Origin: Dimorphilus gyrociliatus | Taxonomy: Eukaryota; Animalia; Annelida | Direction: 5' to 3' | Assembly: GCA_904063045.1 (NCBI GenBank) | Contig: CAJFCJ010000083.1 | Location: 1-64,000 of the forward strand | DNA: 64,000 bases | Shown here: one piece after another, positions 49,050 through 60,480 of the stretch | Position numbering within the stretch: position 1 is the first letter of the stretch | Layout of the letters: every line of letters starts with the position of its first letter | Notes under the pieces: model-generated | Told to the model about the DNA's origin: nothing | Databases searched by the model: none | What the model saw: only the letters and a program-made list of their open reading frames with translations | Position numbers and translations under genes: made by a program

Positions 49050-50410
49050 TTAAATCTGTTCAATTTAAATTCGTTATTGGGAAATGACGTAACGGAAGCA
49101 GATGTTGCGTATAGTTTTTCTAAACGTACAAAGATTTGTGTCGATTACTCGTGCAGAGGAAAACTTATTGCTAAAGTTAATGGAATATTGGCAACAGCTA
49201 CTTGTTATAATTCGGATAAATTTGGTTCTGACGACGACGATGATGATCATAATGGTGATAATGATGATGACGATGAAAATGATAACATTTGGAGAGTTGC
49301 AAATGTAATTTGTCACAGAATGGGATATGATTATTTCTATAGTTTTGAATACGATTCTGCTCATTATATATATATAGTCATATTATTTTACGTTCCCCAA
49401 CACCACCGATGATGGAAATTTATTGAAAATATGCAAAGATGGATTCTTTCTGGATAGGAGAAATTTTCTGAAAGAATCTGAAAATTGTAGTACTCAACAA
49501 CTAAAAGAAACAGTCATTCATTCATTCATTCATTCATTCAATCAATCACTCCAACTGTCTTTCCTTAAAGATAATGTGCAAGAGTTTTGGATATCAGAAT
49601 GGATTTTTGCTTTTCAACATGGATAACAGTAATTCGGTTAAAGCGTTCATTTTTTCTATACACTGTCCAAAGAACGCTAGTCATCTTGATCACTGCAACT
49701 ATGAGAATATTTTCCATCCAAAATTACATTCACTATCTGTCTATTCAGATGGATAGGAAGGGGAGGAGCTAAATGTATGACGTTTCTTACTTTTGTCGGA
49801 AATTTAGTAGAATGTTTGAAACGCTGCTCTTCATCGACAGACAAAGAACAGAGAAAAATTGAACAATTTAGCCTATAAAAAGGCGTTTATTCTGAACGGA
49901 AATAGATACATTGCTGGTATGGTGTTGATTTGTTTCCCTCTCTAGTGTATGGATATCGTATTGAAAGTAACAAAGTTTGCGATGGAAAATACGATTGTCT
50001 TCTGAAGGATGATGAGCACAACTGCAGTGAGTTGTCTTTCTGTCATTTTAATCGAATGCTCTATTACTCTAAAATCTTGTAGAATGGTTTAGGCCTATAG
50101 GGCATTTTCGCTGTAAAACTAGCTCTGTTCATATTCCTTTGAACAAAGTCTGCATTTCATAAAATATTAAATATTTTGACTACAAAGTGCCAAAGACGTC
50201 AGTGTCCTCTAAATGATAACGAAGATGAGAGAATATGTCTGAAAGACTTTCTCTCTCCAGTTGGATGTCTGTGCCCTTCGCAGTTTGATATCACTTGTAC
50301 TAAAGAGTTTGACGAGATGACAAGAAAATTCAAGTATCAAGCGATTAAAATGGCCGACTGTAAACCAGAGAAAACTTTATTCTTTGCTTGTGGTGAACTG
50401 CTAAGTACCG
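49050..50410 (+). pseudogene. Truncated SRCR-like/LDLa/LRR-cap paralog (C) of the GPCR family
   Basis: VANVICHRMGYDY; CKSFGYQNG...IHCP..CNY; VCDGKYDCLLKDDEHNC; CLCPSQFDITC. No 7TM seen. Confidence 0.6.
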
Positions 50411-50509
50411 TTATCCTAAAAAGTAGGTCATTCCTTTTCTCTCTCTCACTCTCTCTCTCTCTCTCTCTCATTCCCTCAATAAAAATATTCTAGTTCAAGA
50501 ATTTTCCAA

Positions 50510-50725
50510 AACTTGTGAACGACTTGGAATTGTTGTTCAAAATTTTCCAATGGCTACCATTACGTTGACTTTTAGATGGTGTTAATTTAACTGAAAATCA
50601 ATCAACAAATATTGGAAAAGTATTGAAAAATTGTCCTAAAATACAATCAGTAAATCTAAGTGGTAATAAAGAGATGAATAATGGATTATCAAAGATTTGT
50701 GATGGATTATCCCTATCTGAACGTC
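50510..50725 (+). pseudogene. RNI-like LRR fragment
   Basis: IGKVLKNCPKIQSVNLSGNKEMNNGLSKICDGL is similar to the 44921 repeats. Confidence 0.6.
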
Positions 50726-50984
50726 TCAGTGTCCAGTTCACGCTTGCTTAGAATATATTAATAAGATTGTAGAGTGTTGAGGAATTTTAGAGGACAGCAC
50801 TAGAATTGTTAACTTTCACAACGTGTCGAATATTAAAATATGCAAAACAGTTTAATTTCAAACATGTCTATGATTGATATGGTTGATAGAATCTATTGAA
50901 AGCTAATTTTCCAAAGAAATGATGGAACCAAAATTAATTACACCATATCTCTCTGGTTCGTTGCTCATTTCACATAATCGCCCA

Positions 50985-51540
50985 CTAAAAACATTTTTTA
51001 GGTATACCCTGCCTTGGGGGACCTATAGGACCAGGAATACCTTGCTGACCAGTAGCACCAGGTATGCCCTGGGGACCTATAGGTCCAGGAAAACCTTGTG
51101 GACCTGTAGGACCAGGAATACCTTTTGGACCTGTAGGAGCAGTTATGCCTTGGCGACCTATAGGTCCAGGAGTACTGTGTAGACCCAGAGGGCTAGGAAC
51201 ACCTTGCTGACCATTGGCCCCATATATGCCCGGGGGACCTATAGATCCTTTAGTGTTAGGTTCCATACATTCTTTTCCTGAATAGCCAGGATTGCAGACG
51301 CAGTGCCATAAATGGTGATTTCCAACACATGTACCTTTAAAGTAAATATTACAAAATGCATATTCAATTATTAGTCTCTTTCTTACCTTGATTATTGCAT
51401 TCTGTTGAACTACACCACTCGTGAGGAGGAGCATGATGTTGAGAATTTGAAGATTGTGCATTTTCGCTAAAAACAATTGACAATTGGTAAAGAAATAGAA
51501 AAATTGTAAAATATGTTTGAAAATTTCTCATCTTCAACAT
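50985..51540 (-). CDS. Short secreted EGF + collagen (Gly-X-Y) protein, possibly degenerating
   Basis: Signal exon; a 52-bp intron (51335-51386) joins CSSTECNNQG|TCVGN..CVCNPGYSGKEC; ~25 GXY triplets with interruptions. Confidence 0.75.
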
Positions 51541-51704
51541 CTTTCCGAACGTTTGACTCAATTGAGTGTAGCAATGGAAGAGAATAGGTGCTTTTATAAT
51601 TCAAGGGAAAAAGCTTTAACAATAGTGTAATGGTTTTAAATCAGCTTATCTGCTTATATTCCAAATTTAGCTTAATCCAGATCACAAAGGATCATAAAAG
51701 CAAA

Positions 51705-52350
51705 TGGAGCAAGCTATCTAATTATACCAAAAATTTGTGCTATATCAACAAGGGCAAAAAATACCATGTTAGCTATGGTAGGTGATCGATCCAACAACAA
51801 ATCAACTTTAAAAAAAATCATCTTTACTGATGAATCCAGGTTTTCATTAGATGGTCCAGACTACCTACTAACTTGGCAGTGAGACTGTGTAGGGATAAGC
51901 TTCCTAGTGGTGAAAAGGAGTGATGATTTGGGAGTATATATCTTCAGATAGTGAAGTTTTCATCCAAAGACTTCCCTCTAACATATTTGGAGAAATTTAC
52001 TCTGAATTAATTCAAGGTACAATTTTTGCTATGTTGAGGGAAAAATTTGTTGAAGACTTCATGTAGTAGCAGGATAATGCACCCATACACACTGCCATTG
52101 TAACAATGGATATATTGGAGGAGAATGGAAGTCAAGTCCTTGATTGGCCTCCATATTCACCAGACCTCAACTCCATTGAAAATTTGTGGGGGTATTTGAA
52201 GCAAAAGGTGTATGTAATTTGTAGGCCACAAACACTTGACCATTTATAGGACAAAATCCAAGAAGTGAAAAATTCAATACAAATAATATTTGTATGAAGG
52301 GATTGGAGAAAGAGTTTGGCAGGCTATTGCCAACAAAGGTTACAGGGTAG
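51705..52350 (+). mobile_element. Tc1/mariner transposase relic
   Basis: IIFTDESRFSLDGPD, QDNAPIHTA, VLDWPPYSPDLNSIENLWG; stops and frameshifts. Confidence 0.9.
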
Positions 52351-52533
52351 GAAAATAACTGTCATACTAAAACAAAAAACTAAAATTTATCACTAAAAAC
52401 AAAAACACACTGGCTAATTAAGCTTTTACTGATATTTTTGGTACACTATTTTTTTTTCAAGTTTAATATTCAGTCAAGAATTTTTAAAGAGAGCAGTTTT
52501 ATTATAAACTTGAACATTAGACTTCATTTAATT

Positions 52534-52744
52534 GGGGCCGACAGAAAACGTCCCCAAGTGAGATTTTTGAAAGCAACATTTCGGATTGAAAAATGGTTAG
52601 GATGAGTGAAGTAGCCATTGATTTGTAGTTAGTTAGGGGGGTTCCTTCTAAGGGTCAGGGGTAATCAAAAAGGTTAGGGAGTGACAAGGGCTGGGTTAGG
52701 GTTAGGGTTAAATCATGCATTTGGGGACGTTTTCTGTCATAACC
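52534..52744. mobile_element. MULE-type MITE containing TTAGGG motifs
   Basis: 18-bp inverted repeat GACAGAAAACGTCCCCAA (52540, 52721) and 9-bp TSD CATTTAATT (52525, 52745). Confidence 0.88.
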
Positions 52745-53339
52745 CATTTAATTTCCTTTATGAAAAAGGTATAATAGGTCCAAATAAACAATTGTAAACA
52801 ACTTTAACATTTAAAAGATAAAGCTAGTATTAAGACTGTTGCAATAATTTCTATACTCAGCCTACCAATCATAAAAAACAACTAATAAGATATGATTTTT
52901 TTTTACTATTTCAATAACAAATCTATTTAATTCTCCTACATTTGTAAACACATTACTAAATACATTTTGTTGTGGGAAAATTTTGGTGTCACTTCAATAG
53001 TATCATTTTAATTGACATGCTGATTTTTTTCTAAACAGCTTGTGCTGAATGAAAGACACAGCTGTGTGGAGGTTCCAACTAAGGGTTAGGGGTAATCAGA
53101 AAGGCAAGGGAGAAACAAGGGCTAGGTTAGGGTAAAACAATACATTTGGGGACATTTTCCATTGGTCCCCTGTATGGTGAATGTTTTATTAATTTAAAAA
53201 TAATTAATAGATAGATAATGTACTTTGTTGTATCATTAACATCTGAATTTCATTCATTTGGTGTTGATCTAGCCTCACTATGTTTTGCCCATTACAAGTT
53301 ATATCAGGTTAAGCTACCTAACAATAGTGTAAGCCTGAT

Positions 53340-53580
53340 CACTAGCCCTTTGGCATTCAGGATCAGGTGTGTCTTGTGGATCCATAGGACAAGGAATACC
53401 TTGGGGCCTATAGGATCAAGATGACCTAATGGACCTATAGGACTGGGATAAGCTAATTCAACTATAGGACAAATGCAAAGAGCTTGGGTGTTTTAACAAC
53501 TCAAGGCAAAAAGTTTTAACCACATTTTAATCAGCTTATTTACTTAAATTTCAAATTTAGTCTAATCTGAATGACAGATC
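53340..53580 (-). pseudogene. Degenerate paralog fragment of the collagen gene and its upstream region
   Basis: GGACCTATAGG triplet pattern; similar to 51585-51690. Confidence 0.55.
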
Positions 53581-53924
53581 CTCTAGTCTTTTTAGATTTC
53601 CTATTACCTTCACAAAACTCTGCTCAAGCTGAAAGAAAGCCTTGTAAGATGGTCTTTTGTTGGCTAAAAGAAGGATTTAAGTGAATGTTGATTAGATATC
53701 CTAAGAGACTACTCCGACTCACTTGATAAAAGAGGAATACCTCTGAAATATTGTGGATTTTTATTTAGTTGGTGGAAAGTAGAACCCTGTAGTTGATGTT
53801 CTCTTCACTCTTGTTCAGAATCTGTCCTTGTGGTTTAAGAGATATAAGAAAAGCTTTAGATCACATTAATTTATACTTAGTGTTGGTTTCTCTGTACCAT
53901 TCATTAAGGCTGGGTAGAATATTG

Positions 53925-54440
53925 TTTGGAGAAATTATTCTAAAACTGCACATCAACAGGAAAATTATTGAGCAAAGCTTCCTCATCAACAAAAGCATAA
54001 CACAAAAGTGTATTATTGGGTGTGATTTTCTACAACAAACTGGAGCAACTCTTGACTTTTACCAGAGACAGATTATACTGCAGTCAATTATAGAAAAGAA
54101 TTATCTAGTTGGAACTCAACATCTATCCTTCAAAGGACTTCACCCAGTTCCTTATATCACAAAGAAGAATGAAAGTAAAATACATACTCTTCAGACAAAT
54201 ATTGGACAGGAGAATATAGAGTTGAAACTAAAGCTCACTAAAATACTGGAAAAATATCAAGATACTATTGCAGGCGACAGATTTGATGTTGGAGATTCAG
54301 ATGTTCCACACCTGGAAATTACTTTACAACACCATATACACAAAAGCCATATATGAATGCCTCCTCAAAAACAGGAAGAGTGCAAGCAACAAATAGCTGA
54401 ATTAGTAAAAAGTAGAGTTATTTAACCAAGTAAGAGTAAC
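53925..54440 (+). mobile_element. Protease/RT 5' remnant of a diverged relative of the main element
   Basis: GEIILKLHINRKII..CIIGCDFLQQTGATLDF...MPPQKQEECKQQIAELVKSRVI is colinear with copy 1 pol. Confidence 0.9.
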
Positions 54441-54639
54441 TCTGACCCCGAAATTTCATTGAAGTTTCCTTATCAAATCATCAATTTTTTTAAAACCTTT
54501 CCAATATTATTCATTTCTTTTCATGGTTTAAATTTTGACATTGAGACAATGTTGGACGTTTTATTCATATCATGGCATCATAGTCTCTTAGATAACAAAA
54601 TCATTCTTATTTTCAAAGGCGAAAAATGATGTTGAATGG

Positions 54640-57100
54640 ACAAGTTTTTTCATGAAAATATGGCTACTTGTTTAGGTGTAATATTTAATCCATTTACTGC
54701 GAGATTTCCATTTCCAGGAGTTGATAAGCCTCTGGCTCAATCATTGTCCAAATGATTGGGGAAAATTGTTTCTGCTCTAATGAAGAAAGTATAAATATTT
54801 TGTTTATGTTTCTTAAACCAGTGTGCCTAATGTCGAATTTAATGGAAAATTTAAAATGTGCAACCTGATAAACTCAAATAACAATGAATGTAAATATTCA
54901 TGTTCCTATGATGATAGATATTGTGAAGGTGTTTCAAATGATTCATCACTAAAACTGTGTGAAATGAAATTTCTTTACCTTTAAATGAATAAATATTAAT
55001 ATTTATATGAATTTTTTAGTGTATTTTCAAATCTTGACAAAAGTTTGTCAATCAGTTTGTAATATAGTTAATTAGTTTTTCTTATCTTTTCGTCGAGAAA
55101 AGAGGTTTAAGGTTCCATTTGGATCAGTGTTTTCAAGTAAAAAGATTTACTTTGTTGTCTTGAAATTGTAGAAATTTCTGGCTTATCACAACTGTAATTC
55201 TCCTTTCCAATTATTTACAGCAGGAAAGTAGGTCAATAGTCCTTATCTTTAACAGTGCAAAAACTTAACCAAAACTACACGTTTTAGTAAAATGTATATG
55301 TAAAATACATGCTCAGGAACAAGTTAGACATTAATATATTAAAACTAGGCATATTAATAAAATCTATGCATTTTGAAATTTCTGTTCTAAAATCTTATGA
55401 ATGTAAATCAATTGATGTATTCCTATAAATAAATATGCCTGTATTCTTTACGAATATTTGATGTTTATTCAGTGAAGAATGTTGTTTTTGTGATATTGTT
55501 CATCTAGAATTATTGAGCTTTATCAATTTTTCAACAGATAAGAAAATTTAAAGTTATCCCTAAAGTTTGCTAGATAGTTTTTCTTTAGCAGAATGATCAA
55601 AACATGTATTTATTAATTGAATGGTTTCAACTGACTATTGATAGTTTGATAAAATCCAAGTATGAGTTTGTAATCCAAAGATGAAAGATATATCATAGAA
55701 TATATATACAAATTTCCTCCTTTGTTCTATTCTACACAATGGATTATAAAGAGATATTAGAATTTAAGAAATTGAATGGAGATTTTTGAACCTTTGGCAA
55801 TAAATGCAAATCTATCACTACTTGAAAACTTTCATATTATTGAAAATACAATAAATGCTGACAAGAACATTTGCTTAGTAACCAGATTTCCTAAGTTGTA
55901 AGTCTTTTTTTTATTTTTCTCTTGAGCAACTCATTGAAACAATTTTTCAGAGCTCTTCATTATGAAACTATGATGTTTGTACCACTCTTTTTTGGTGTTA
56001 TTATTTTGAGTTATGATTTCATAATTGTGAAATTTAAATATCATAGTACTGAGAAAGATGATACCAGAGCAGGCCTGTGCATGTTGGCCATGTGGTCTTC
56101 ATCTCATCATTGTATTCTATATGTGTCATATAATAGTCTTTCATATTTTTGTTACTTGTGAATTATGAAACTGCTATATTTCGCCCTCCTAATCCTTTGA
56201 CCAATTGAACCCAAGCTTTGGGAAATGTATAAAAGGAAATACATTTCCCCAGCTTGTTAGTTCAGTTGTTCAACCGTTACCTGGCTGTTTAAACTTGCTT
56301 GTTAACTAGAAACTCATTGACTGAATACATAACCTTTGGATGAAATACTGGTGTTTTGTTGTTTAATTTCTACCAAAATTACATTTGTTAATACTGATTG
56401 TGGAGGAACTTAAAGGGTTTTACTAGAACCAGTAGTTTGGTCAGTTCATCAATCATTCAAAAAAACAAACAATTTTTATCTTTTCTTCTTCAAATGGATT
56501 TCTTGATATAAAGCTTGTACAATTTTTAATGTTTTACTACTAACTTTAATATATTTAAGAAAGAAGCTATGTTAAGCAATGACCTTGCCCTTTGTAATAA
56601 TAGAATCTATATTTTAATTTTTGAATATTTTCAAAATATTCTTGTATCTTTTTAGATTATAGAAATTTTTTATTCTTTAATGATAAATCATTAAGAAATT
56701 TGAAACATATTGTTGTTAAAAGTACTAATATAAGTGAGATTAGAAAGACAATTATCATATTCTGTCAACTTTTAAAAGTAATTCATTGTGCAAAATTTTT
56801 TATTGTCAATAGAATAAATTTAAATTGTTTGGAAAAGGTGAAAAATAAAAACAGCATTGAAATTTTAAACAATTAGAAAAAAAATTGTTTGTCTGTGTCA
56901 GTGCCTAGGGAAAGTGTTTTAATAATTTTCAAAAAATGAAGATACAACAAACATTATGGATTTTGGATTAGTTGTTAGAAAACTATTACAACAATGTCAT
57001 AAGAAGTATATACTCTTTTGATGGTATATATCTGAGTAATAAAATTGAAACATGCAACTAAAAATTCACTTTTTGTAGTCTTAGAGTTAGGGTATTAAAA
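54640..57100 (+). pseudogene. Degenerate Cys-rich domain followed by LRR/7TM-like GPCR remains (paralog D)
   Basis: RFPFPG...CQYSCSYDDRYCEG-like; LRR-like text; KYHSTEKDDTRAGLCMLAMWSS resembles TYIEHDYEWRNSIYCKVIGW; interrupted by the 56163 repeat. Confidence 0.4.
56163..56428 (-). repeat. Inverted copy of the 40125-40387 dispersed repeat
   Basis: Direct sequence match including the hairpin. Confidence 0.8.
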
Positions 57101-57649
57101 ACTAGGATTAACAGGGAGCTTGCTTTCTTCTTTCATCATACAAATTCATTTCTCTAGTTGAAGAATATATATCTCCATTTAAAATAAATAAAACAATTTC
57201 CACTAATTAAATATCCATTGGAAACCATTAAGAGAAATATTAAGAAAAATTACTCAATATGTTTAGAGTTGTACCAGAGTCACGGCAGAAAATTATTTGA
57301 AAACTTTTAGGAGGGTCTTCACCTAAGAGTTAGGTTTAGGGTTAGAACAAGGACTAAGGTTAGGGCAATAGCACAATTTTGTAAAACTTTCAGTTTTTTC
57401 TGATGGTATCTCATCTTTTGTATCTCTATAAAATTGTTATTTACTGTCACATGATCATTTTAGAATCAATTGTCTACTAATTAAAAAATGTGAAATGATT
57501 TATAGAATTAGAAATAAATCATTTACAAGAAAGGTGACAATTTAACTTCACAAAGATGTTGATCATCTGCCCAGAGTTGTAAATCTTTCTGTATTAAAAT
57601 CTCTTGAATTCTTCCTCTATTGCAAATGTAAACGCAAACTCTAAATGGG

Positions 57650-58510
57650 CTATTTGTATAGAATTCGGAATTTGAAAATTTACACTGTTTTAATGATTTA
57701 ATACAGCAGAAATTTTCTTGTTGGTTAAATGAGATAAATCTAAAATGACCAATAAAAATGTCTACATAATCATCTCTAGTATCTGCAGTGTGTTTACTTG
57801 TACAAATTTTGAAAACTGGTATATCTTCAGAGTTTCATTTAATATAATGCTGGATTGTAGATGTTTGTCTATTTGCGCAAGAACAATTAGCATTGTCATA
57901 GAAACAAGGAAGGTTATCATCTAAAACTCCATCAGTGACATTATTTCTGAAATAAAGCGTTGCCTTTACATTATCGCTCTTTCCGTAAAAATGTTTTTCT
58001 CGTAACTCTTAAATACGGCGAATGATGGTATGAAATCAGAAGTTAATACTCTCTCGCTGCTTAATCTTCTACAGTGAAATCGTTTAATCATTCAAATGTC
58101 GCTAAAAGCTGAAATTTCATAAATTCCAATAAATTTCCATTCTCCTCCTTCAGCAGATATAACAAATTTCAACCATTTTGTTTTTACATTTGTTGAAATT
58201 GTTGTCCAATTCGATGTTTTATTCATTTCCATAATGATTATCATCTCTTCATTTATGATATTTATGAATGGAATATCATTTTCCAAGGGTTGATTGACCC
58301 TGATTTCTCTTATGGTATTCTTATTAAATGTTTCAAGTTTGATAAAAGTCTCTATATCATTGCCATTTAGTATCCACATTTCATCAATATACACAACGGT
58401 ATCGCTAAATGCCGCTCTACAATTGCCACTGGAGGCTGTACATATTCAACCCGATTCAATCTTTGCAACATTCTCATACCACGTGTCAAATAAGTTTGGA
58501 ATATAAATAT
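57650..58510 (-). pseudogene. Discoidin/F5-8-like (galactose-binding fold) domain remnants
   Basis: TKWLKFVISAEGGEWKFIGIYEISAF C-terminal pattern; internal stops. Confidence 0.35.
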
Positions 58511-58551
58511 TTTCAGCAAATAGAATAATTTAAAAATGTGCATTGTTCAAC

Positions 58552-58759
58552 GGATGCGACAGAAAACGGCCCCAAAAGCATGGTTTTACCCTAACCCTAA
58601 ACCATCCCTAATGTATCCATAACCCTTTTTCATTACTCCTAACCCTTAGATGGGACCCCCTTAACTACAAATCAATAAATGTTTTTTTCCTCCTAACCAT
58701 TTCTTAACCCAAAATGCTGCCTTCAAATATCCTTCTTGGGGCCGTTTTCTGTTGATCCC
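58552..58759. mobile_element. Second MULE-type MITE copy (opposite orientation)
   Basis: TIR GACAGAAAACGGCCCCAA / TTGGGGCCGTTTTCTGTT; 9-bp TSD TTGTTCAAC (58543, 58760); internal CCCTAACCCTAA. Confidence 0.88.
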
Positions 58760-59669
58760 TTGTTCAACTCTTACTTTGAAGTTCCTTCAGAAATAAAACA
58801 CAATGAATTATAAAGATTCTGTATTGAAAATATCAAACTTACCCCATAATGACAATATCTTGATTTGTATGAAATACAAAAGCTTTTATTTTCAAAAATT
58901 CATTACTCATGTTCCCCTCTCTCAGTACAAAAGGCAATGAAAGAATTCTTGAGTAAAGTTCACTATGATTGATTCATTTTCACTGTCATTTATTAAAAGC
59001 TAGAACAAAAACAAGTAAGAAATATGGACATTATATTAAAACTTCTCCTTTATTTTTCATTTTTAACAAGAAATAAGTTACAAATTTGAATTTAAAAGTG
59101 AAACATACATACAAAATGCCTTTAGACAACAATAAATCACAAGAGAATCTTGTTAGTTTTGTTGTATTCTAAAAGTAAAATTTAATTGGTGGTGTTCTTT
59201 TTTTAAATGGTAATTGCAAGAATAGTGTTGCTAAGCAACTGTTTTGTTTGCATATTCTTTATGTCTTTTGTATGATAAAAATCAGCAGAAATTGTAAATT
59301 CTTGGGTAACTATTGCTTTATTAATCCTTTAAATGTAAACTCATCTGCATATAGTCTACTTGTAAAGTTTACAATTCAAATATAAAAGTTGATTGTTGCG
59401 CATTTAAATAAAACAATGAATATTCACAATAGATCATTAATACATCACTTCCTCAACTATATAAAAAGATTAATCTTCAACACAAAGACTCAGCATTTTA
59501 TGCCAAAATCCATTTATTTTTTGTATATAAACTAACTTACAAATGTCCAAAAGTTATACATAAACAGCCGCTAGATGGCAGTGTACAATTCAGTTAGTTG
59601 CAATTGTCAAAATATAAATTTTGCACTTGGATCTTTATTTGATATAGCAGAAGTTTGTGTTGAACAGAA

Positions 59670-60010
59670 ATTTTGATGTTGAAAGCATTTGTTGAAGTAT
59701 GTGTCCAATACATGGATAAACAATTCATTTTGGCCTCTAGAGACTTGGTTCGTTTTTGAGTATCAGAACAAATAATGATCTGGAAGGTTATCATCCGAGG
59801 CTTAATAAAATTGTTGGAGAAAATGTTTCTCTCTATTTAGTTATAGATGAACTGAAGAGGGAGGCAGACCTGATCAATCTCTACAAAAAGTTGTTAAGTG
59901 AAAGAAAAATAATTAGACTTCAGAGGAAGATTTCTACTCAAATTCAAAAAGATCTTTTCTTAATTTGAGAAGATTTTAAAAAAGGTGAAATTAATGCCAA
60001 ACAGCTTCTG
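59670..60010 (+). mobile_element. MULE transposase C-terminal fragment
   Basis: IRTNNDLEGYHPRLNK..SLYLVIDELKREA. Confidence 0.8.
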
Positions 60011-60480
60011 TAATTGTGCTGAGAATTGTACTATTGAAAACATATTGACAATTATTTGTTATCAATAAAACTTGATTTGAAAATACATAGAATTTCAGCT
60101 TAGTTTCCTAGTTGTTTAGAGACAAAGACTCAGAATACAGAAGAGTATAGTTTAAGCATAACTACAACTTATTAAAACACATGCATTTCCTATCCTTTCA
60201 TGGACAGTTTCTGTCCTTTCATAGACGTTTTCTGTCGACCCCTTGCTACATGATTGCATAATTGAAATCAAAATATCCAGATCTTTTTTTTTATAGCTTT
60301 TCAATGTCAAATTAATAAATTTGTCTCTTGCCATTAGTTTATTATCTCTAAATTGAAGTTATAGTTCAAAGAGTAGTTGTCTTTTTTGATCAAAGATTAA
60401 TATACAAAGGCATCCAAAGTGACAAGAGAATTTCATTTGATTTGCAAAATATTGTTTAGATACATTTACAATTATGTCAT

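Noticed and set aside
42860-57365. TTAGGG tracts as telomere or chromosome-fusion relics
   Set aside because: Only 2-3 units each, embedded in MITE-like repeats.
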